Source of the DNA: Mycobacterium leprae TN
Lineage (GTDB): Bacteria; Actinomycetota; Actinomycetes; Mycobacteriales; Mycobacteriaceae
DNA: 32,000 nt
Direction: 5' to 3'
NCBI RefSeq assembly: GCF_000195855.1
Contig: NC_002677.1
Span: 510,001 to 542,000 of the forward strand
The translations under genes were made by a program, and so were the position numbers. The notes under the pieces were generated by a model. It saw only the letters and a list, made by a program, of their open reading frames with translations. It had not been told where the DNA came from and made no database searches. Positions 9,060 through 17,047 of this stretch are shown in pieces (the stretch's first letter is position 1; every line of letters starts with the position of its first letter).

Positions 9060-11400
9060 GCCAGTAATCGGTGCCACGGCCGGTCGCTTGTCGGCAGCCA
9101 GATGGCTATATTTATATTTTCCCACCCGACCACTGCGGTTGGGGTGGGCAAACTCAGCACCTCGCTGTCCTCAGCCGGTCCGGTGGAAAGTCGTGGCGAC
9201 TGTGCGGTGCCGTTGCTTCCGGCGACTGCCTTCGGCGGATTAGTCTGGGTGGAGTGCGGTGGCCGACTCGATGTGGTCTACAGCTGTCCGCTGCCCACAC
9301 TGACATAATACCGGCGATCAGGAAAATACGTGTCGGCACTTGATGTCGCGTTACTGGCGAGTTCCACTGGACATGATGTGGAGGGAGTGAAAAAGAACTG
9401 TGAGGCCCGCAAGTATGAGCTGCAGACATGGCTGGCCGAGTACCTACGTGATCCTCGATGTTCGATCGGGGGCGAGTGCTTTGTCGAACGGTGGTCAGGC
9501 GTTAGTGGACAAGGTGCTGTCCAACAGCGTCAGTTTGCGGGACCAGGTGACAACGTACGTGCCACTCTTGTGACCGCCGAGCACGTGATAAACGCGTTGG
9601 TGTGCATCGACAGTGAGCAGGTAAGGGTGCAGGACTTAAGCCGGGCAGGTGGGGCTCGCGGGTAGATGACGGTGCAGGAGATCCTGATTCCCCGCGGCGC
9701 AGAGATTCTCGAGCCGGAATTGCGTACCTCGATGATCACCTGGTCCGGCACCGAACCGTCGACGCTGTTCCGGATGAACAAGGTGTTCGGCGTCGGTTCG
9801 TCCGAAGTCAAGGCGTTGCAACAGCAATTGGTGACTCGGGTGGCGATCCTGTCTAATCCGGCCAGCGTGCTTGTCGACAAGCTAGAGTTGCTGCGCTCGA
9901 TAGAGATCACCAGCGGGATTGCTGAGCAAATAGTTAAGGACGCCACCACCTCGGTGACTAAGTTGGTTGAGGGCCAGGTTGCCGCTCGGCGTGACGCCGC
10001 GATCCACGACACCGGTATATAGTGTCGGCCGCTATCGTGATCGCGTTGGGCATCGTGTTGCTGGTGGCCACGCTTGCGGATCCGACCGCTGTGCGTGACT
10101 GGGTGCTGCAAGTCGTTTACACTGGTCTGAAGAGCGGGATCACTCAGGTCCTATATGGCACCTAGCCGGTCCTGGAGCCGCTGACGGTGCACACCACCGA
10201 AGAAATCGTCTAGGTAGCGCACACCGTGCAAATACCGCACACGCAGGTTCTGAAGTTCGCAAGTCAATGAGGTACGGTTGCGCTTGTTAGTCAACGGTAT
10301 GTTTAGAGACTATGTCGCGGCGCAGCCGTTCACTGGTCGACCAGCAGCTGTCGCTCATTGATCAGTTGGAACGTAACGAACAGGATCCAGAGCGGCTTAA
10401 CAGCCTTTTTCCGGCTGGATTCACTTGGCCTTGTTCGGTTGCGTTGTAACAACGCCACCTCGTTGGTCCTAGCCGGTGCACAGCTTTCGTGTGACCTGCG
10501 CGAGCCGGTGTCTGCTTTCGGCGGTGGTCAATGCCGCCATCTTCGAGGTTAGGGATTATCGCTGTGTCAAAACCGAGGTAGTTCCCGACTGCACAGTGAT
10601 CGGCGCGGGCCGCCGGCAGAGTTATCCACCTGTTTGCCGAGTTGATCAACAACGCGCTGCGTTATTCGCCGCCAACGACATTGGTTTGGGTGCCAGCGGC
10701 CCGCGGTGACGACGGTGCTGTTCTGGTACGAGTAGCCACCCCGGCTTTGGAAATACAAAACGTTTATTTACACATCGCCAACATGTGGTTGCAAGCCGGC
10801 AGTGAGGTCAGCTCCGACAAGCACGGCATATGGGCTTTTTCGTGGTTGGGTGGCTGCCCGGCACGGTGTCCAGGTCGGGTTGCGCGGTCATCGCGGGTGA
10901 TGAGAAGAATCCGGGCACGACTGCGGAAGTGTACCAACCGCTGGCCGTGCTAGTCACTAAGGCGAGGCCGACTGCAGCGGGGGCACCAGGAACCCGGGTG
11001 CGTTGCTGGTTCTGAAGAACTTTTGGCTGCTGGACAGCACGCCGAAGAGCGCTCCGCAGTGTTCGACACTTCACACTACAGCGGACTTGCAGCTTACGCA
11101 CCGCCGGTGACGTTGTTGCTGCACCGCAATCCGGGTTTCAGCGGCATCACCGACCCCCTGCCCAGCCGTCAGCGGGGGGCGCACCGGCCTCGACGTGCAC
11201 TAGCCACTCCTTGGTGGGAAGCAGGGCACCGCAACAGGCCAAAGCCCGCGTTTGCCACAGGCTCCTACGCAAGCTCCAGGCCGGGAGCGGCATCAGAAGC
11301 CTCAGTATTCTTTGCGTCGTCATCACCGGCGCGGTCGCTGAGATCATTAGCCCCAGCCTATGGTGACGTGTTCTAACAGCGGATGCTGTCAGAGATGTCG
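9060..11400 (+). pseudogene. Conservon sensor histidine-kinase-like protein (CvnA / Rv3365c-like) pseudogene
   Basis: One reading frame at 9330-10022 is split by an in-frame TAG at 9663-9665. There is a TM-like 'VSAAIVIALGIVLLVATL' (~10020). 'RRSRSLVDQQLSLIDQLERNEQDPERLNSLF' (~10320-10410) resembles the CvnA dimerisation helix. 'FAELINNALRYSPPTTLVWVPAARGDDGAVLVRV' (~10630-10735) is an HATPase_c N-box region. No frame stays open beyond ~120 codons. Confidence 0.7.
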
Positions 11401-11639
11401 AGTGATCCGCACTAGTTGGCCTAACACCCCGACCTGGTTTGGCAATCGGTATGGGACTGCGGCTGGTTGTTAGCCGCCGAGGCCAAGCCGGGTCGAGTAG
11501 CGCACCGACCACGGTCTAACGGTGCACCAACCCAGGGTGCGACTGCTGCCTGGTGCGGTTGCGGGATGTTCTGAGGGAAATCGTCCCGTCCAGCAGGGTC
11601 CCCGGGGTTGCGAACGGCCGCGACCCGGCGAATGGTATG

Positions 11640-12040
11640 AGTGTCTATCAGCAGCCACTTCGATAGTCCGTGCAGCGGACCGGTTGTATGCCCTCGAGAA
11701 CAGGCTCGAAACCGGTTAAGTACCCGATCAGCAATGATGGCTCGTTTGAACAACTCGCTGGACTGGTTGGTGTCGAAGTTTATCCGCGAAGTTCCAGGGT
11801 GGCGCATGTTTTGCTGGTGTTCGTCGATTGGCTGCCGGTCGTTGTCAGTGAGCATCTACCGCGTGAACAAGCCGATCGGTTGGCTGCGGTCGCGTCCAGG
11901 CTGGCCAGCCTTCCGACCGGTGTGGCGCAGCTGTTTGAAAGGTGGGCAGGTGCTGCAATTCGTGGTCGAGATGCAAAATTACTACTATTATCTGTTATTG
12001 ATGCGTGTTAGTGCTGGCTCTCATCTGGCGATGCTTGCTG
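11640..12040 (+). pseudogene. Roadblock/LC7 (MglB-like, CvnB / Rv3364c-like) pseudogene
   Basis: 'RVAHVLLVFVDWLPVVVSEHLPREQADRLAAVASRLASLPTGVAQLFE' (~11790-11940) is followed by a frameshift into 'VVEMQNYYYYLLLMRVSAGSHLAMLAA'. This is the typical Roadblock/LC7 pattern. Confidence 0.65.
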
Positions 12041-12200
12041 CGACGTCCGTACGATACCGATCAGATCGGCCATGAGTATGGTCGTCCTGGTCGAACGGAT
12101 TGGGTGGTGTCGTCCAGTCCTTCCGCTGCTCAGAGTTCGATCACTCACCTCGGACCGCAATGCGATCTGCATTATCATCGGACATGGCACACCCCTGAAC
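12020..12200 (+). pseudogene. DUF742 (CvnC / Rv3363c-like) truncated remnant
   Basis: 'RRPYDTDQIGHEYGRPGRT' resembles the N-terminal 'VRPYxxTGGRT' block of DUF742 proteins. Only ~170 bp remains of an expected ~370 bp. Confidence 0.4.
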
Positions 12201-12201
12201 C

Positions 12202-12840
12202 GTGATGGACATCCAACCAGCCGAGTTCATAGGAAAAGGCCACTACGTGGCCTTAAAGCACTTCGACAGCTTGGCCCTACGGGCCTCGACGAAGATCGTC
12301 ATCGTGGGCGGGTTCAGGGTTAGTAAGACCACGTTAATCGGTGCGGTTTCGGAAATCATGCCTCGCGCACCTAAGCGATGGTCACCGACGTCTCGGTTGG
12401 TGTAGACATGTTCAAGGTCACCCCGCACAAGCGGACCACGACGGTGGCGATGGACTTCGGCCGCATCACCCTGGATCGGGATCTGGTGCTCTATACTGTT
12501 CTGCGGCTCAGATTAGCGCCGGTTCTGGTTCATGTGGGACGGCCTTGTACGCGGGGCCGTCGGCGCGATGGTACTGGTATATTTTCTCCGCCTGTAGGAC
12601 CGCTTTGTGGCGGTTGACTTCTTCGAGCACCGCAACCCGCCTTTTTCGATAGCCGTAAACGAATTTGGCGGCACGCCAAGGTATCCTGCTAGCGAGGTGC
12701 GACAAGCGCTGACTCTTCCTGCACACATTCCAGTGATCCATGTCGATGCCAGGGATCGCCGGTCGGCGACTGAAGCGGTGATAGTAGTGAGCAAATACGC
12801 TATGCAGACCCTGGTGGCGACGTTGCCCGTGGGCAGCTGA
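12202..12840 (+). pseudogene. Conservon small GTPase (CvnD / Rv3362c-like) pseudogene
   Basis: 'STKIVIVGGFRVSKTTLIGAVSEI' carries a mutated P-loop (GGFRVSKT at 12307-12330 versus GGFGVGKT expected). A frameshift follows into 'VTDVSVGVDMFKVTPHKRTTTVAMDFGRITLDRDLVLY', and another into 'AVDFFEHRNPPFSIAVNEFGGTPRYPASEVRQALTLPAHIPVIHVDARDRRSATE'. Confidence 0.8.
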
Positions 12841-12859
12841 CCGCATTGTAGCAGTGAAC

Positions 12860-13230
12860 CTATTGTGAAATTGCTGGACGTGATTTCACCGATGATGATC
12901 TGAGTCGGCTGCGCACCGAACGGGGTGTGTTCACCGAGTGAAATTTCAGCTACGCCACCCTGGCCGAGGCGCAACATCGCTCATCAGCCTTTCGTACTTG
13001 CACTTTCAGCGGCCAATATGCTGGCACAGCCTATTTCAGCATTGCAGACTGCTGGGCTCGGTGTTTGTGCAATTTCGGATGCGACCGTTGACATTCGACT
13101 AGGTGGACTTCCACGTTAGTGATGCTGTGTGGCGCCGACCTCAGCGGTGCGCGGACTACCAGGTACCCGGCTGGTGCTGGAGGGCCAGGCTGCGGTGAAG
13201 CGCGCACTACGCGCTCGCATGTTCGACAGT
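12860..13230 (+). pseudogene. mfpA: Pentapeptide-repeat protein MfpA pseudogene
   Basis: 'GRDFTDDDLSRLRTERGVFTE*NFSYATLAEAQHRSSAFRTCTFSG' contains an in-frame TGA. It parallels MfpA 'GRDFRDEDLSRLHTERAMFSECDFSGVNLAESQHRGSAFRNCTF' as I recall it. Later 'VDFTLVVLCGADLSGARTT' implies an internal deletion. The 3' end dissolves at the RLEP boundary. Confidence 0.75.
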
Positions 13231-13242
13231 GTTGACTAAATC

Positions 13243-13812
13243 GTTTGTTGCTGTGTTGCGGGGTTTTTGTTGGTGGGTGGCTGACTGCCTGCTTTCGATG
13301 AGGCTTCGTGTGCTTTGCCGCAGTGGACACGATTAGCGCGGCGCACGTAAGCATGTCGGTGGTGGGTGCTGCTTGGTCTACATGTTGATGATGCCAGGGG
13401 CTGGGCACCTGGGCTGTGCTGAAGGCGATATCGATGCAGGCGTGGGTGTGAGGGTAGTTGTTAGCGCCGCGGGGTAGGGGCGTTTTAGTGTGCATGTCAT
13501 GGCCTTGAGGTGTCGGCGTGGTCAATGTGGCCGCACCTGAACAGGCACGTCCCCGTGCACGGTATAACTATTCGCACCTGATGTTATCCCTTGCACCATT
13601 TCTGCCGCTGGTATCGGTGTCGGCGGCTTGTTGACCGGCCCTCAGCCAGCAAGCAGGCATGCCGCCGGGTGCAGCAGTATCGTGTTAGTGAACAGTGCAT
13701 CGATGATCCGGCCGTCGGCGGCACATACGGCAACCTTCTAGCGCAGATCAACCACCCACACCCCACCAGCCCACCACAACACCACCCAAACCAAACCCAA
13801 CATCAACAACAC
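13243..13812. repeat. RLEP dispersed repetitive element (M. leprae-specific), one copy
   Basis: The element contains exact matches to RLEP assay oligos as I recall them. TGCATGTCATGGCCTTGAGG is at 13491-13510 and the complement of CACCGATACCAGCGGCAGAA at 13600-13619, giving the expected 129-bp amplicon. Nested TGAGGTGTCGGCGTGGTC is at 13505-13522. qPCR GCAGCAGTATCGTGTTAGTGAA is at 13671-13692, probe TCGATGATCCGGCCGTCGGCG at 13700-13720, and the reverse-primer site at 13725-13743. Boundaries are set by the GT-rich (13243-13282) and CA-rich (13751-13812) termini and are approximate. Confidence 0.9.
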
Positions 13813-14288
13813 TCTAAGAGCGACAAGTCGCGCCGAAGTTTGGCGACATGGCCTGTGGCTTTGACGTTGTACTGCGCGAGCACAATTTTGCCTTTTTCAT
13901 CGACCACAAATGTGGAACGGATAACACCCAGGACGGTCTTGCCGTATATCTGCTTCTTGCCATAGGCGCCCCAAGCTGACAGCACCTTACAGTCGTGGTC
14001 GGACAGTAGCGGAAACGTCAACGCCTCTGCGTCACGGAATTCGGCCAGCTTGGTTAGTGGGTCAGGAGAGATCCCGACGACATCGAGCCCGGCATCGTTG
14101 AGGTCATGCAAATTGTCTCGAAAATCACATGCTTGTTTAGTGCATCCTGGTGTCAAGGCTGCCGGGTAGAAATATACGGTGACACGCTGTCCCCGATAGT
14201 CTCCCAGCGAAACTATCCTGCCATCGGCATCAGGCAAGCTGAAGGCGGGCGCTTGGTCGCCGGGCGCCAGCCGTGTGGTCTCGGTCAA
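13803..14288 (-). CDS. bcp: Peroxiredoxin Bcp (thiol peroxidase, 161 aa), intact
   Basis: 'VTVYFYPAALTPGCTKQACDFRD' is the peroxidatic Cys motif (PxxxTxxC) of the Bcp/PrxQ family. The ORF is uninterrupted with an ATG start. Confidence 0.92.
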   Translation of the reverse strand: MTETTRLAPGDQAPAFSLPDADGRIVSLGDYRGQRVTVYFYPAALTPGCTKQACDFRDNLHDLNDAGLDVVGISPDPLTKLAEFRDAEALTFPLLSDHDCKVLSAWGAYGKKQIYGKTVLGVIRSTFVVDEKGKIVLAQYNVKATGHVAKLRRDLSLLECC

Positions 14289-14415
14289 CGGTCCTCCCTT
14301 TCGGTTAACGCCGATCGTCGGAATCAGCCAGCTGATTTAGGGTAGTGCGAGCAGGTGCACCAGCTGGGTGGTGGGTGGCTTGCAGGCTAACAGGGCAGAC
14401 TTGGAGGACAGAGAC

Positions 14416-14643
14416 GTGGCGGACCGGCATCCAGACACCATAAAGCTGGAGATTGACGTTGCCCGTGAACAGTTCGCGGCGACCGTCGACTCACTTGCTG
14501 AGCGTGCCAATCCCCGCCGTCTCGCCGGTGATCTCAAGGCCCGGGTGGTAGAGTTTGGGAGAAGGCCGGCGGTGATCGCCGCGCTGGTAAGTTGTGCAGT
14601 TTTGACCGTGATAGTTGTGGTACGCAAGGTCAAGAATCGCTGA
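14416..14643 (+). CDS. Small DUF3618-type membrane-anchored protein (75 aa from GTG; Rv2520c-like)
   Basis: An N-terminal amphipathic region 'IKLEIDVAREQFAATVDSLAERANP' is followed by a C-terminal TM 'PAVIAALVSCAVLTVIVVV'. The GTG at 14416 is preceded by GGAGGA (14403-14408), whereas the ORF-track start at 14368 has no such RBS. 75 aa matches my recollection of Rv2520c. Confidence 0.75.
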   Translation: MADRHPDTIKLEIDVAREQFAATVDSLAERANPRRLAGDLKARVVEFGRRPAVIAALVSCAVLTVIVVVRKVKNR

Positions 14644-14677
14644 AGCGCCAGACAGGTGGCAACCGCGAAATATAGGG

Positions 14678-14750
<73 letters not shown>

Positions 14751-14919
14751 CTAGATCGTCCTAGACAAGGAACATTAACAGGCTTTGCGCTTCGGGTGAA
14801 ATTTCGGCACGGAACTCGATGCGAGCTTTCCAGCGCAGCCGTTTATCTGGTCCTAAACTACTGGCCAAGTCTAGAGGTTCAGCTTTGTTGTGAATTGAGT
14901 GTGGGGAGGTGAAAGAAGG

Positions 14920-16143
14920 ATGCCGCATGTGGGCACTGCGACCCGCCGGGTTCAGCCCAAAGCGTGGCGGGCGCTGTTAACGCTACTGGTGATTTCGGTT
15001 GTTATGCCCGGCGTTGCCTGCAACAGGGGCGGCGGTAACGTACCGGTGAACGTTATCGGTGATAAAGGTACACCATTTGCCGACCTGCTGGTCCCGAAGC
15101 TTACTGCTTCGGTGACTGACGGTGCAGTCGGTGTCAATGTGGATATGCCGGTTACGGTGACCGTTGCTGACGGTGTGCTAGCGGCGGTCACCATGATAAA
15201 CGACAACGGCAGGATGATTAATGGTCAATTTAGCCCCGACGGGCTGCGCTGGTCGACCACCGAGCCGTTAGGCTTCAACAGGTGCTACACGCTGAGCGCG
15301 AAGGCGCTCGGGCTAGGTGGGGTGGTGAACCGCCAGATGACTTTCCAGACTAGTTCTCCCGCGCACCTGACGATGCCTTACGTCAATCCGGGCAACGGCG
15401 AGATTGTAGGCATTGGGGAGCCGGTGGCGATCCGGTTCGACGAGAACATAGCAAACCGACTCGCGGCCCAGAAGGCCATCACCATCACCGCCAACCCGCC
15501 CGTTGAGGGTGCGTTCTACTGGTTGAATAACCGCGAAGTACGTTGGCGTCCTGAGCATTTTTGGAAGTCTGGGACGGCTGTTGATGTGGCGGTCAATACT
15601 TACGGTGTTGACTTGGGCGAAGGAATGTTCGGCGAGGACAACGTGAAGACACATTTCACCATCGGTGATGAGGTCTTCGCGACCGCTGACGATGCCACTA
15701 AGATGTTGACCGTGCGCGTCAACGGTGAAGTAGTCAAGATCATGCCAACATCGATGGGCAAGGATAGTACTCCGACAGCTAACGGTATCTACATTGTCGG
15801 CGCGCGGTTCAAGCACATCATCATGGACTCGTCGACCTACGGAGTTCCCGTCAACTCGCCGAACGGGTATCGCGCCGATGTTGACTGGGCTACGCAGCTG
15901 TCCTACAGTGGCGTTTTCTTGCACTCCGCGCCGTGGTCGGTGGGTGCTCAGGGGCATACTAACACCAGCCACGGGTGTTTAAACGTGAGCCCGAGCAATG
16001 CGCAATGGTTCTATGATCATGTCAAGCGCGGTGACATCGTCGAGGTTGTCAACACGGTGGGAGACACCCTGCCCGGGGCTGAGGGTCTCGGGGACTGGAA
16101 TATTCCCTGGGAGCAGTGGAAGGCGGGGAACGCCAACATTTGA
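14920..16143 (+). CDS. ldtB: L,D-transpeptidase LdtB (LdtMt2/LppS orthologue, 407 aa lipoprotein), intact
   Basis: Near-full-length identity to LdtMt2 as I recall it. It has a signal peptide with lipobox-like 'VMPGVAC', '[16 protein letters not shown]' and the YkuD catalytic motif '[24 protein letters not shown]'. The ATG at 14920 is preceded by GGAGG (14905-14909). Confidence 0.95.
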   Translation: MPHVGTATRRVQPKAWRALLTLLVISVVMPGVACNRGGGNVPVNVIGDKGTPFADLLVPKLTASVTDGAVGVNVDMPVTVTVADGVLAAVTMINDNGRMINGQFSPDGLRWSTTEPLGFNRCYTLSAKALGLGGVVNRQMTFQTSSPAHLTMPYVNPGNGEIVGIGEPVAIRFDENIANRLAAQKAITITANPPVEGAFYWLNNREVRWRPEHFWKSGTAVDVAVNTYGVDLGEGMFGEDNVKTHFTIGDEVFATADDATKMLTVRVNGEVVKIMPTSMGKDSTPTANGIYIVGARFKHIIMDSSTYGVPVNSPNGYRADVDWATQLSYSGVFLHSAPWSVGAQGHTNTSHGCLNVSPSNAQWFYDHVKRGDIVEVVNTVGDTLPGAEGLGDWNIPWEQWKAGNANI

Positions 16144-16167
16144 CGCTGCGCGTCGTGATCTGACTTG

Positions 16168-16244
16168 TGGGGTGAGTGACGGGACTCGAACCCGCGACAC
16201 CCAGGATCACAACCTGGTGCTCTACCAACTGAACTACACTCACC
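16168..16244 (-). tRNA. hisT: tRNA-His (anticodon GUG) with encoded G-1 and 3' CCA
   Basis: The reverse complement gives G(-1), acceptor GTGAGTG/CACTCAC, D-arm GTTC-AGTTGGTA-GAGC, anticodon arm CCAGG-TTGTGAT-CCTGG (GTG), T-arm GCGGG-TTCGAGT-CCCGT, discriminator C, then CCA (16168-16170). Confidence 0.95.
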
Positions 16245-16293
16245 ATGGCCGCCGGTCGACCCTGGCAGGGGTCAACGAGTGGCGCTGTCGATA

Positions 16294-16941
16294 TTAACCG
16301 TTCGGACGCTCATAGGCTGAATCGATATCTCCTGGCGTGGCGGGCGTGCCGGAAAGATCAGCCACTACTTCCGCGATTTCTCTGGTAGAAGGTCCGGGTG
16401 GGGGAACAAACGCAGTGCGGCGGTAGAATCTCAGCTCCCGGATGGATTCGTGAATGTCGGCTAGTGCCCGATGAGTGAGCCCCTTGGCCGGCTGGCCGAA
16501 GTAAATGCGCGGGTACCAGCGTCGGCAGAGTTCTTTAATCGAGCTGACGTCTATCATCCGATAGTGCAGGAACGAGTCCAGAGTGGGCATGTCACGGGCG
16601 ATGAATGAACGATCAGTGGCGATCGAATTGCCTGCCAGTGGAGCCGTCTTCGGTTGCTTGACGTGGTTGTTGATGTAATCGAGTACTATCGACTCGGCGG
16701 TCACAAGGTCGACGATGGATGACTCCACCTCGTTAATTAGTCCTGACCGTGAGTGCATCTCGGCGACCACGTCAATCATTGACGAGAGCGCGGTGCTGTC
16801 GATGTGGATTACGACATCGACTCCATCACCGAGGATGTTCAGATCGGCATCGGTTACTAGGGCTGCGATCTCGATCAACTGATCCGAACCCAGGTCCAGT
16901 CCAGTCATCTCGCAGTCAATCCACACTAATTCGTCGTGCAC
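16294..16941 (-). CDS. orn: Oligoribonuclease Orn (215 aa), intact
   Basis: '[27 protein letters not shown]' is the DEDDh Exo I motif, followed by '[13 protein letters not shown]' (Exo II) and '[18 protein letters not shown]' (Exo III). Confidence 0.93.
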   Translation of the reverse strand: MHDELVWIDCEMTGLDLGSDQLIEIAALVTDADLNILGDGVDVVIHIDSTALSSMIDVVAEMHSRSGLINEVESSIVDLVTAESIVLDYINNHVKQPKTAPLAGNSIATDRSFIARDMPTLDSFLHYRMIDVSSIKELCRRWYPRIYFGQPAKGLTHRALADIHESIRELRFYRRTAFVPPPGPSTREIAEVVADLSGTPATPGDIDSAYERPNG

Positions 16942-17047
16942 AGCGCTCTACAGTAGGCGCATGTGAGACCTGCCTAGGTCTTCCCCTGTTAAGTAGTGTG
17001 ATGGTTTGTCGTACTGCAATGGGGAATTACTGGGGGCAGGGGGTTTG

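Noticed and set aside
11975-12000. Run encoding YYYY (TACTACTATTAT) considered as a microsatellite
   Set aside because: There are only four imperfect triplets, and it lies within the Roadblock pseudogene. It is below any reasonable tandem-repeat threshold.
13031-13525. 164-aa minus-strand ORF spanning the RLEP core and the mfpA remnant, considered as a possible RLEP-encoded transposase or novel protein
   Set aside because: The composition is low-complexity (His/Pro/Thr/Ala-rich). I can see no DDE, HTH or recombinase motif. It crosses the boundary between unrelated sequences (mfpA debris and repeat), and RLEP is described as non-coding. It is most likely a chance ORF.
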